Shown here: piece after piece, positions 44,725-53,072 of the stretch
How positions within the stretch are numbered: the first letter of the stretch is position 1
Layout: every line of letters begins with the position of its first letter
Assembly (NCBI RefSeq): GCF_047638075.1
Contig: NZ_JBLJBV010000041.1
Span: 4,560 to 68,559, forward strand
DNA: 64,000 nucleotides
Source of the DNA: Phaeovulum sp.
GTDB taxonomy: Bacteria > Pseudomonadota > Alphaproteobacteria > Rhodobacterales > Rhodobacteraceae
Reading direction: 5' to 3'
Notes under the pieces: generated by a model
The model's database searches: none
The model's input: only the letters and a program-made list of their open reading frames with translations
What the model was told of the DNA's origin: nothing
Program-made: the position numbers and the translations under genes

Positions 44725-45492
44725 TCAATGAACCTTGGACAGGAAGGCGCGTGTCCGTTCAAGGCTGGGATTGTCCAGCACCTCGCTGGGCGGGCCACAT
44801 TCGACAATTCTGCCATCAGCCATGAATGCGACGCGGTGGCAAACATTTCTGGCGAAAGCCATTTCATGTGTCACGATCATCATCGTCATGCCGTCGGCCG
44901 CCAGTTTACCCATGACATCCAGCACCTCTCCTACCAGTTCGGGGTCAAGCGCACTAGTAGGCTCATCGAACAGGATCAGCTTGGGCTTCATGGCCAGCGC
45001 CCGGGCAATAGCAACACGCTGCTGTTGACCGCCTGACAGCATTCGCGGGTAAGTTTTCAGTTTTTCGGCCAAACCTACCCGTTCAAGAATGCTGCTGGCA
45101 TGATCTATCGCCTCTGCACGCGTCACCCCAAGCACATGAACCGGCGCCTCGATGACATTCTCAAGAACGGTCTTGTGCCCGAAAAGATTGAAATTCTGGA
45201 ACACCATGCCAATCCTGGCGCGCTGCCTCGCGATCAGGCGTTCGGGTAGCTCATAGGCAAGGTTATGGCTGCGTCGATACCCAATCAGTTCTCCATCAAC
45301 CGTAATGCTGCCGCTTTCGATCCTCTCGAGATGATTGACGCAACGCAGCAGCGTCGACTTGCCCGAGCCCGAAGGGCCAATCAGGCTAAGAACCTCGCCG
45401 GAGCTGACCTCCAGATCGATATCCTTGAGGACGGGAACCGCACCGTAACTTTTGCAGACGCGATCAAACACGACCATCGAATGTGACATCAT
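44725..45492 (-). CDS. Polar amino-acid ABC transporter ATP-binding protein (GlnQ/HisP type)
   Basis: [37 protein letters not shown] and MMIVTHEMAFAR. Confidence 0.9.
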   Translation of the reverse strand: MMSHSMVVFDRVCKSYGAVPVLKDIDLEVSSGEVLSLIGPSGSGKSTLLRCVNHLERIESGSITVDGELIGYRRSHNLAYELPERLIARQRARIGMVFQNFNLFGHKTVLENVIEAPVHVLGVTRAEAIDHASSILERVGLAEKLKTYPRMLSGGQQQRVAIARALAMKPKLILFDEPTSALDPELVGEVLDVMGKLAADGMTMMIVTHEMAFARNVCHRVAFMADGRIVECGPPSEVLDNPSLERTRAFLSKVH

Positions 45493-46409
45493 TGGGCCCC
45501 CTTGGTCAGACCCAGCAGGCGGCGGAACGTCTGGGGGTTGGGTTGATGGTGTGAACGACCATAATGCTGCTCAATCCGACTTTGTATCACGCTCAGAACT
45601 GTGGTCGCCGCCAGATACCAAAGACAGGCAACAATCAGCAGCGGAATGGTCTGGAAATTGCGCGAATAGATGGTCTGCGCCGAATAAAGTAGGTCTGACA
45701 ACGCAATCACACTAACCAAGGACGAGGTTTTCAGCATTCCGATGGTCTGGTTGCCGGTCGGGGGAATGATGACTGGCATGGCTTGGGGTAACACGATGCG
45801 CCAAAGAGCCTTGCCATTCGTCATGCCAAGCGATTTCGCCGCATTCCGCTGCCCCGGATCAACCGCCGTAAGGCCACTGCGGATGATTTCGGACATATAG
45901 GCACCCTCGTTTAGGCCCAAGCCAAGTATGGCCGCCATCACCGGCGAGATCGCATCGTTGGTCGGAATCGAAATCCAGAACGATGTGAATGGAATACCGA
46001 TTGAAAGGTTCGGAAATAGCGCGCCCAGATTATACCAGAAAATCAACTGGACCAGCACCGGGGTGCCGCGAAAGAACCAGATATAGGACTTGGCGATAAG
46101 TGAGATGACGCCGTTCGATGACATCGTCATGACCGCGCAGAACGTGCCCAGGACAATCCCGATCAACATCGTAACCGCTGTCAGCCAGAGGGTCAGGAAA
46201 AGGCCCGAAAGGATACGCTGATCAAACAGGTATGTGCCGATGATCGGCCAGCCGAAGTTCGGATTATCAGCGATGGACCCCACAAAGGACGCAATAACCA
46301 CCAGAAGAACGACCGCCGTCACCTTTCGCCCCCAGGCGCGGTTTGGAACGTAGGTCAGGGTCTGGCGGGTCGCTTCAGGGCTGCGGGTCTTGTTCGACTG
46401 GTTGTCCAT
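45489..46409 (-). CDS. Polar amino-acid ABC transporter permease (HisM/GlnP type)
   Basis: FFRGTPVLVQLIFWYN and the EAA loop QRNAAKSLGMTNGKALWRIVLPQA. The start is set at MDNQSN (cat at 46407-46409). The track's longer N-terminus would overlap the binding-protein gene. Confidence 0.85.
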   Translation of the reverse strand: MDNQSNKTRSPEATRQTLTYVPNRAWGRKVTAVVLLVVIASFVGSIADNPNFGWPIIGTYLFDQRILSGLFLTLWLTAVTMLIGIVLGTFCAVMTMSSNGVISLIAKSYIWFFRGTPVLVQLIFWYNLGALFPNLSIGIPFTSFWISIPTNDAISPVMAAILGLGLNEGAYMSEIIRSGLTAVDPGQRNAAKSLGMTNGKALWRIVLPQAMPVIIPPTGNQTIGMLKTSSLVSVIALSDLLYSAQTIYSRNFQTIPLLIVACLWYLAATTVLSVIQSRIEQHYGRSHHQPNPQTFRRLLGLTKGAQ

Positions 46410-46473
46410 ATCCACTCCGAGTAACGCGGCAGGATGAGGGGCCGACAGATTTCCCGCCGGCCCTGTCCAGATC

Positions 46474-47364
46474 TTACTGCGGCAATCCACTGGTTGCCTG
46501 ATTGATAACCGGCTCATGTTCCATACGCATTGGGGTGACATCCCATTTGCTGTAGATCGCGTCGTATGTGCCGTCGGCCATGACTTCTTTCAGCGCCGCC
46601 AGCAGCGCCTCTCCAAGATCATCTTCGCCTTTGCGGAAAACGATCCCGCTGGGCAGGCGCGGCAAGACATCCACGGCAACAACACGGATCGGATGCGGTG
46701 CGTTTTGCATGATTTCACGGGCAGAAGCAGCCGACGTCAGAACAAAATCCGCACGCGCGGAATAAAGTGACAACAAGACTGCATCCGATGTCCCATATTC
46801 TGAAACGGTCGGTGCTTCCTTGCCGTTTTCCTTACAGCTGTCTGCAAGAAGACCGGTAATCATATCGACCCACTCCGTCCCGCTCTGGGCACTTCCGCGT
46901 AGCCCGCAAAGATCAAGATAACTGTCACCTACAGTCTTGTTGTCCGCCAGGACGTAAGCAGACGACGTCGTATAGCCATAGGTGACAAAGTTGACGACCT
47001 CTTCGCGCACCGGGTTATCGGTGATCCCTTCCATCGCAATATCCCAACGGCCTGACTGCACCCCGGGAATAAGAGAGTCGAACGCGACGGATGTCACGTC
47101 CATTTTCACGCCCAGTTGCTTTGCAATGGCATCCCACAAGTCGACCTCAAAGCCGACCATTTCGCCGGAATCATCAATGTACTGGAACGGCGGATATTTG
47201 GCATCCGTCACCAGTTTAATTGCGCCCGCTTCCCGATACTTCGCCGGAAGCTTGTCTGCGGCCGCTTCTGCGAACGCAGCGCCTCCGCCGAGCGTAAGGC
47301 ACAATGTTGCGGCTGCGGCACGCGCGAAACATGCTCTGCCAAGCTTGATTTTTACTATTTTCAT
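46474..47364 (-). CDS. Amino-acid ABC transporter substrate-binding protein (family 3)
   Basis: Signal peptide ending AAFAEA. SBP_bac_3 blocks: LVTDAKYPPFQYIDDSGEMVGFEVDLWDAIAKQLG and WDIAMEGIT. Confidence 0.85.
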   Translation of the reverse strand: MKIVKIKLGRACFARAAAATLCLTLGGGAAFAEAAADKLPAKYREAGAIKLVTDAKYPPFQYIDDSGEMVGFEVDLWDAIAKQLGVKMDVTSVAFDSLIPGVQSGRWDIAMEGITDNPVREEVVNFVTYGYTTSSAYVLADNKTVGDSYLDLCGLRGSAQSGTEWVDMITGLLADSCKENGKEAPTVSEYGTSDAVLLSLYSARADFVLTSAASAREIMQNAPHPIRVVAVDVLPRLPSGIVFRKGEDDLGEALLAALKEVMADGTYDAIYSKWDVTPMRMEHEPVINQATSGLPQ

Positions 47365-47447
47365 TGTCTTCCTCCCTGTTGATCTGGCTTAGAAAAGATT
47401 TCCCCGACAATTTGCAGTGTCTTGAATGCACTGCTCCGGCGATCAGG

Positions 47448-48944
47448 TCATCCGATCACAAACGGATTTGCGATTTCTTCGGCGGTCGAGATCCACACCG
47501 CCTTGGTTTGAAGATACTCGCGGATCCCTTCGATGCCGTTTTCACGGCCGATCCCGCTTTGCTTGTAGCCGCCAAAGGGGGTCGTATAAGAAATGTCGCG
47601 GTAGGTATTGATCCAGACGCTGCCGGCCTGCAATCGGTCCGACATCCGCAACGCAAGTTTCATGTCTGATGTCCAAACCCCGGCGGCCAGGCCGAATTCG
47701 CTGTCATTGGCAATGGCTATCGCTTCTTCTGGCTCATCGAAGACAATCGTTGACAGAACCGGCCCGAAGACCTCTTCACGCGCAATGCGCATTTCATTGT
47801 GAACGCCAGTAAAGATCGTGGGCTCTACAAAGAAGCCTCTGGCGCACTCGTCATGTTCAGGCCGCTTGCCGCCTAGCACCAGATCGGCACCTTCGTTCTG
47901 CGCGATCCTTACATAGTCAAGCACGCGTTCATATTGCATCTGGTTGGCGATGGGCCCGATCTGCGTGCGTTCGTTGCGCGGGTCGCCGACACGCGCGGCT
48001 TTGGTAAACGCCGTAAGCCGATCCACAAACTCATCATGCACCTTTCGGTGCAGCAACAAACGCGAACCGGCAATACAAGTCTGCCCAGTGGCACCGAAAA
48101 TTCCGCCCACCACGCCGCGCACGGCATTGTCCAGATTGGCATCGGAAAAGACGATGTTCGGAGATTTTCCGCCCAACTCAAGGCTTGCCCTTTTGACGTC
48201 CTTCGCCGCCAGCGAATACAGATACGCCCCAGTTGCGGTAGAACCAGTAAATCCAAGATGCCGCGTCAGCGGATGGGTAACCAGCGGCTCACCCACCTCC
48301 TTGCCATAGCCGGTCACGACGTTGACGACGCCCGGCGGAAAGCCCGCCTCCTCAACCAACTCCATCAGCTTGAGCGCAGTGGCAGAGGTATGTTCGGCAG
48401 GCTTCATGACAAGCGTATTGCCCGCCGCCAATGCCGGTGCCGCCTTCAGCGAGAACAACAGCAACGGAGCATTCCACGGCACGATACCAACACAGACCCC
48501 AAGCGGCTCTGACCGGGAAAAACTGAGGGCCGGCTTGTCACAGGGGTGAACAACCCCCTCGATCTTGTCGGCCAGACCGGCATAATAATAATACCACTTT
48601 GCCACATAGCGGATCTGATGGCGCATTTCGGCCAACAACCGGCCATTGTCCCGCACCTCGATCTCGGCCAGTTCGTCCGCGTGCTTTTCAATCAGCGTCC
48701 CCAGCCGATGGATAATCACACCGCGATCCGATGGATGCATACGCCCCCAAGGACCGTCACGGAAGGCCGCGTCAGCAGCGCGAATGGCGCGGTCTGCGTC
48801 TTGCGCATTGCCGCGCGGCACTAGGGCCCAAGGCTTGGCGGTGAACGGGTCGACCGACTCGATATACTCGCCCCCCGATGGCGCGACCCATTCGCCGCCG
48901 ATGTACATTTGCAGCTTGGTCAGCTCGCCGGTTTCGACCATCAT
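47448..48944 (-). CDS. NAD(P)-dependent aldehyde dehydrogenase
   Basis: MYIGGEWV, FTGSTATG, ELGGKSPNIVF and the catalytic TGQTCIAGSR. AGGAAGG lies 5 nt upstream of the ATG at 48944. Confidence 0.9.
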   Translation of the reverse strand: MMVETGELTKLQMYIGGEWVAPSGGEYIESVDPFTAKPWALVPRGNAQDADRAIRAADAAFRDGPWGRMHPSDRGVIIHRLGTLIEKHADELAEIEVRDNGRLLAEMRHQIRYVAKWYYYYAGLADKIEGVVHPCDKPALSFSRSEPLGVCVGIVPWNAPLLLFSLKAAPALAAGNTLVMKPAEHTSATALKLMELVEEAGFPPGVVNVVTGYGKEVGEPLVTHPLTRHLGFTGSTATGAYLYSLAAKDVKRASLELGGKSPNIVFSDANLDNAVRGVVGGIFGATGQTCIAGSRLLLHRKVHDEFVDRLTAFTKAARVGDPRNERTQIGPIANQMQYERVLDYVRIAQNEGADLVLGGKRPEHDECARGFFVEPTIFTGVHNEMRIAREEVFGPVLSTIVFDEPEEAIAIANDSEFGLAAGVWTSDMKLALRMSDRLQAGSVWINTYRDISYTTPFGGYKQSGIGRENGIEGIREYLQTKAVWISTAEEIANPFVIG

Positions 48945-49056
48945 TCTTGCCTTCCTAACTCTACTCCAACGCCTCCTAACGCTGCCGCGTTTGAGGCCAG
49001 GACGCCCATTCCGATCATGGGTTGGTTGCATCAAGTGGATCTTTCCTTCATACAAC

Positions 49057-49070
49057 TAATGATATTGTTA
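49057..49070. promoter_or_regulatory. Putative HutC/GntR operator, distal imperfect copy
   Basis: TAATGAT-ATTGTTA matches the perfect palindrome at 49165-49178 at 12 of 14 positions. It lies in the AT-rich divergent ALDH/GntR intergenic region. Confidence 0.4.
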
Positions 49071-49164
49071 TCTTATGTGTCAACATATTTCTTTTCCAGT
49101 ATTTAGAACTTATCTATGCCAGCAAGGCTATAGACAGCTATAAAATACCGATGTAGTTATCAAA

Positions 49165-49178
49165 TAATGATATCATTA
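49165..49178. promoter_or_regulatory. Putative HutC/GntR operator, perfect 14-bp palindrome
   Basis: TAATGATATCATTA is a perfect palindrome. It sits 17 nt upstream of the GTG start of the GntR gene, just 5' of its AGGAGAAG RBS. Confidence 0.45.
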
Positions 49179-49194
49179 GTTCAGGAGAAGCTTT

Positions 49195-49965
49195 GTGACC
49201 CGCACGCCCGAGCCGCTCTACAGCCAAGTAAAAACCGCCATTGAAGACCGAATCGACCGCCAGGATTGGCGTGCAGATTTCAAGGTTCCGAGCGAAGAGG
49301 CCCTGTCCGTCGAATTCAACGTCTCACACCTGACCGTGCGTCGGGCGCTGCGGGAACTTCAGGCAGAGGGCGTACTTGTACGGATCCGGGGACGTGGTAC
49401 ATTTGTCGTCGGACCAAAGATGCAATGCGCGGTTTTCGGGCTGGAAGACGTTTCGGAAGAGATCGAGGCGAACGGCGGCGTGCATACCAGCCAGATCATC
49501 ACGCTCTGCGCACTTGAGCCCGAAACTCAGCTTGCAAAACTTTTGCCTGTCGCTGGCGGCACCGTCTTTTATTCGCGGATACTGCACCTCGAAGACGGAA
49601 CCCCAATCCAGTTGGAGGATCGTTTTATCAATGCGGCGGTCGCGCCGGGATACCTTGACCAAGACTTCACCCAGACCACGACCCACGCCTACCTGCTGCG
49701 CGAAACCAAGGTATCCTTTGTCGACAATACCATTCGTGCCATCCGCCCGGACGCCGAAGCGCAGCGGCTTTTGCAGATCGACGCCACCCACCCCTGCCTG
49801 CTGATCAATCGGCAAACCTGGCACAACGATATTCCGGTTACCCGAAGTCGATTTCTTTACCCTGGGGACCGTTACCGCCTATCCAGCGCGCATGAGGCCA
49901 CGGCCAATACGTCGATGATCATGCCGCCATCACGCAATTCAACCCCATCGAGGAGACAATCATGA
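49195..49965 (+). CDS. GntR family transcriptional regulator, HutC subfamily (UTRA effector domain)
   Basis: PLYSQVKTAIEDRIDRQDWRADFKVPSEEALSVEFNVSHLTVRRALRELQAEGVLVRIRGRGTFV is the wHTH. A UTRA-like C-terminus follows. GTG start. Confidence 0.85.
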   Translation: MTRTPEPLYSQVKTAIEDRIDRQDWRADFKVPSEEALSVEFNVSHLTVRRALRELQAEGVLVRIRGRGTFVVGPKMQCAVFGLEDVSEEIEANGGVHTSQIITLCALEPETQLAKLLPVAGGTVFYSRILHLEDGTPIQLEDRFINAAVAPGYLDQDFTQTTTHAYLLRETKVSFVDNTIRAIRPDAEAQRLLQIDATHPCLLINRQTWHNDIPVTRSRFLYPGDRYRLSSAHEATANTSMIMPPSRNSTPSRRQS

Positions 49966-51281
49966 GAGATTTTGTTGCCCGTCTGCACGAGCGTGGAGAT
50001 CTGATGGTGGTCGACAAGGAGGTCGATCCCTTCCACGAACTGGCCGCCGTGACCCATGCGGCACAAAAGCGTTGGGGCAAGCCGATCCTTTTCACCAACG
50101 TGAAAGGCACCAAGTTTCCAGTCGTGACAAATGTCTACGGCTCGCGCGAACGTCTGGCCGAGGTTATCGGCATCGATGCCACCGATTTCTGCCGCCAGTG
50201 GAGCAATCTGGCAAACCTTGGTCAAGGCAGCGGCGAGCCCTTCGTGAAGGTCGAAGATGAGCAGTTGATAGAATGCAAACTGTCCGACCTGCCGCTGATC
50301 ACCTATTCGGATCGCGATGCGGCCCCCTATTTCACCTCTGCGATGTTCATCGCCAAAGATCCCGAGACCGGTGTCGGCAACCTGTCCTACCACCGCTCAA
50401 TGTTCGTGAATGACAATGAGTTGCGGTGCCGCCTTGCGCCGCGCCACCACCTGACCATGTACCATGAAAAGGCTGAGAAGATGGGCCAGCCGCTTGAAGC
50501 GGCAATGCTGATCGGGGCGCCTGCCACATCGTTTCTAACGGCTGCGGCCCCCCTGCCCTACGACGTGGACGAGCTTGAGGTCGCGGCACGTCTGAAGGGT
50601 TCGCCCCTGCCGATGCGCAAATGCCGCCATATCGATCTCGAAGTTCCGGCCGAAACCGAGATTGTCATCGAAGGTCGTTTTCTTCCTAATGAACGCCGCC
50701 TTGAAGGACCTTTCGGTGAATTCATGGGCTATTACGTCCCTGAAGGGCCCAATGCCGTGTTCGAGGTTCTAGGTGTTACCGTACGGCCCAACGCAATGTT
50801 CCACAGCATTCTTTGCGGATCATCCGAAGAGGTTCTGACACTCGAACTGTCAGTTTCCGCCAATATCTTCCAGCGTCTCAGCGCCGCCCTGCCCGGTATC
50901 CTGAACGTCACCTGTCAGCCATTCGTCAACCATGCGATCGTCCAGATCGACCCGCAGTTTGAAGGCCATGCCCGTCAGGTCATGCTGGCCACGATCGGCG
51001 CCGAACCGATCTGGGCCAAGATAATCACGGTGGTGGATGCCGATGTTGACATCTACGATATGGACGATGTCATGTGGGCAACCCTGACCCGCTGCCGGCC
51101 GGACAAGGATATGCTAATCATCCCCGAAACTCCCTCGTTCTACCGCGATGAACAAAAAGACCACTGGGGGCGGTTGCTGGTTGATGCGACCAAACCCTTC
51201 GGCCGCGAAAAAGAGTTTGAGCGCAAGAAAATCCGATTGGCAGACAAGATCAAGTTGTCAGATTGGTTCGGCACAGAATGA
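49962..51281 (+). CDS. UbiD-family (prenylated-FMN dependent) decarboxylase, short form (439 aa)
   Basis: MRDFVARLHERGDLMVVDKEVDPFHELAAV, ILFTNVKGTKFPVVTNVYGSRERL and EGPFGEFMGYY are typical UbiD blocks. ATGA overlap with the GntR stop. Confidence 0.85.
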   Translation: MRDFVARLHERGDLMVVDKEVDPFHELAAVTHAAQKRWGKPILFTNVKGTKFPVVTNVYGSRERLAEVIGIDATDFCRQWSNLANLGQGSGEPFVKVEDEQLIECKLSDLPLITYSDRDAAPYFTSAMFIAKDPETGVGNLSYHRSMFVNDNELRCRLAPRHHLTMYHEKAEKMGQPLEAAMLIGAPATSFLTAAAPLPYDVDELEVAARLKGSPLPMRKCRHIDLEVPAETEIVIEGRFLPNERRLEGPFGEFMGYYVPEGPNAVFEVLGVTVRPNAMFHSILCGSSEEVLTLELSVSANIFQRLSAALPGILNVTCQPFVNHAIVQIDPQFEGHARQVMLATIGAEPIWAKIITVVDADVDIYDMDDVMWATLTRCRPDKDMLIIPETPSFYRDEQKDHWGRLLVDATKPFGREKEFERKKIRLADKIKLSDWFGTE

Positions 51282-51889
51282 AGATGATACCAAAGCACCC
51301 CCCGCGCATCATCGTCGGAATCAGTGGCGCCTCCGGCGCGATTTACGGTGTGCGCGCGCTGGAGCATCTAAGCCGACTCGGCGTGGAAACTCATCTGGTG
51401 ATCACCCGCTCGGCGCATCTGACAATTGCGCAAGAACTGGACATGCGCCCCACCGATCTGGAAGAAAAAGCCAGTGTCGTCCACAATGCCAAAGACATCG
51501 GCGCAACCATCGCCAGCGGATCGTTTCAGACGCTCGGAATGTTGATTGCGCCCTGTTCTGTCCGCACCATGTCTGAAATCGCCACCGGGGTAACTTCGAC
51601 CCTGATCAGCCGTGCCGCCGACGTCGTTCTCAAGGAACGGCGGCGGCTGGTGCTGATGCTGCGGGAAACACCGCTGCATCTTGGCCATCTGCGCACGATG
51701 ACATCAGTCACTGAAATGGGCGCAATCATCATGCCGCCCGTACCAGCCCTGTACACCAGACCGGCCACGATTGACGAAATGGTGGATTACACTGTCGGCC
51801 GCGCACTTGATCTGTTTGGGATAGACATGGGCGGGATGCCGCGCTGGCAGGGTATCAGCCAAGAGATGCAAAAGCAGGACGCCCCGTGA
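51278..51889 (+). CDS. ubiX: UbiX-type flavin prenyltransferase
   Basis: RIIVGISGASGAIYGVRALEHL, MLIAPCSVRTMSEIATG, RRLVLMLRETPLH and IMPPVPALY. ATGA overlap with the UbiD stop. Confidence 0.9.
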   Translation: MKMIPKHPPRIIVGISGASGAIYGVRALEHLSRLGVETHLVITRSAHLTIAQELDMRPTDLEEKASVVHNAKDIGATIASGSFQTLGMLIAPCSVRTMSEIATGVTSTLISRAADVVLKERRRLVLMLRETPLHLGHLRTMTSVTEMGAIIMPPVPALYTRPATIDEMVDYTVGRALDLFGIDMGGMPRWQGISQEMQKQDAP

Positions 51890-52419
51890 AAGAGGAGCCA
51901 CGATTGACCCTTGATTTGGAAAACCCCGCCTGGGCCTTCACGCTGGATCTCTACGCACGTCCCGGCGTGTCAGACGCCTGTCTGACCCTACAAGATCAGG
52001 CCGAGGCTGACATCGTCGCACTCTTCATGGTGATTTACGCCTGGTCGAAACTCAAGATAGCGCTGACGGCTGCTGAAATCGACGGGTTGCACGGCAATAT
52101 GAAGATCTGGCGTGAAGCAACGGTCTTGCCATTGCGGCACATCCGCCGCGCCCTCAAACCGCCGCAACCCGGCATCTCGCAAGAGATAAAGGAAATTCTG
52201 CGCGATCAGGTCAAACGGGCCGAACTTCTGGCGGAGCAGATACAGATTGCCATGGCCGAAGATTGGCTGAAACGCCATCCGTCATCGGGGCATTATTCCG
52301 ACCTCATGCCAATCCTGATTACCCTGCTCACGCGATCACAGGGTACCCTGGTGCCGGAAAGCTGTGTGCAGGCGATTACCACGATCATCCAGAATACTCA
52401 TGAAATGACCCCATCGTAG
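51886..52419 (+). CDS. TIGR02444/DUF2390-like conserved hypothetical protein
   Basis: NPAWAFTLDLYARPGVSDACLTLQDQAEADIVALFMVIYAW and VLPLRHIRRALK match my memory of this family. GTGA overlap with the UbiX stop. Confidence 0.55.
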   Translation: MKEEPRLTLDLENPAWAFTLDLYARPGVSDACLTLQDQAEADIVALFMVIYAWSKLKIALTAAEIDGLHGNMKIWREATVLPLRHIRRALKPPQPGISQEIKEILRDQVKRAELLAEQIQIAMAEDWLKRHPSSGHYSDLMPILITLLTRSQGTLVPESCVQAITTIIQNTHEMTPS

Positions 52420-52472
52420 CGTTTCAAACGGTTTAGTTACTATCGTCCAACTGTCAGACGGAATTAACGATT

Positions 52473-53072
52473 TCAATCTGTTACAAGGAGCCGGGTTACG
52501 CGCCGGATATGGGCGATCAGCAGCCAAGCCTCGGCGCTTTCGATAGGTTTCTCCCAGTCCTTTGCCAACCGACGGCAGCGATCAAGCCATGCGAAGGTGC
52601 GTTCCACGACCCATCTGCGTGGCATCACCTCGAAGCTCTTGGCGGTGTCTGAGAGCTTGGCGATCTGCAGCGTCCGGCGCCCACAGCTTACGAGGGCATC
52701 CTGCGGCTTCGGTCCGGCATAACCGCCCTCCGCGAACATACAGCGCATTTTCGGTGCCTCGCGGCGGAGCCTGGCAAAGACCCCGGGCGCACCGTCACGA
52801 TCCTGAATATTGGCCGTATGAATCTTGCAGGCGATCAGCTTGCCGCAGGTATCGGTGATGATGTGTAATGGCCCGGTTGAGGCCGCCAGGCCGCCCCATG
52901 GCAGGCGGCCTCAACCGGGCCATTACGATCAAATCGCTTGGATAGCGCTTCGTATTGCGCCTATGCTGCGCGCGAGGGAATTCGGTTTAGGCCATCGTGA
53001 TCTCCCATCAGTTTCGCAACCGAACAGAATCACAACCTCCTGAATTTGCTCAACTCATTTCCAATCAGGCTC
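52473..53072 (-). mobile_element. IS5-family (IS1031/IS427-like) element, copy 2; inverted relative to copy 1, internally deleted and inactivated
   Basis: Reverse strand: the left end GAGCCTGATTGGAAATGAG (53072 downward) is flanked by TCA (TNA). Its 5' coding part begins ATG GCC TAA, a stop at codon 3, and runs to ...KRYPSDL. A 62-bp palindrome follows, then the frame resumes at ITDTCGKLIACKIHTANIQDRDGAPGVF...FAEGGYAGPK...RRWVVERTFAWLDRCRRLAKDWEK, ending at 52473. About 300 bp of the gene are missing. The right boundary is approximate. Confidence 0.7.
52865..52926. repeat. Perfect 23-bp inverted repeat with a 16-nt loop, sitting at the internal deletion of IS5 copy 2
   Basis: GTAATGGCCCGGTTGAGGCCGCC (52865-52887) / GGCGGCCTCAACCGGGCCATTAC (52904-52926), with the loop AGGCCGCCCCATGGCA. 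GGCCGCC occurs twice directly and once inverted. The sequence has no counterpart in copy 1. Confidence 0.85.

Noticed and set aside
52825-53043. 72-aa + strand ORF across the palindrome in IS5 copy 2
   Set aside because: It is produced by reading through the 23-bp inverted repeat and the antisense of the transposase 5' region. It has no RBS or coding signature.
42638-53072. Calling the IS5-bracketed region an active composite transposon
   Set aside because: Copy 1 lacks its 3' end and right terminus. Copy 2 has a stop at codon 3 and a ~300-bp internal deletion. The copies are visibly diverged. At best this is a fossil.
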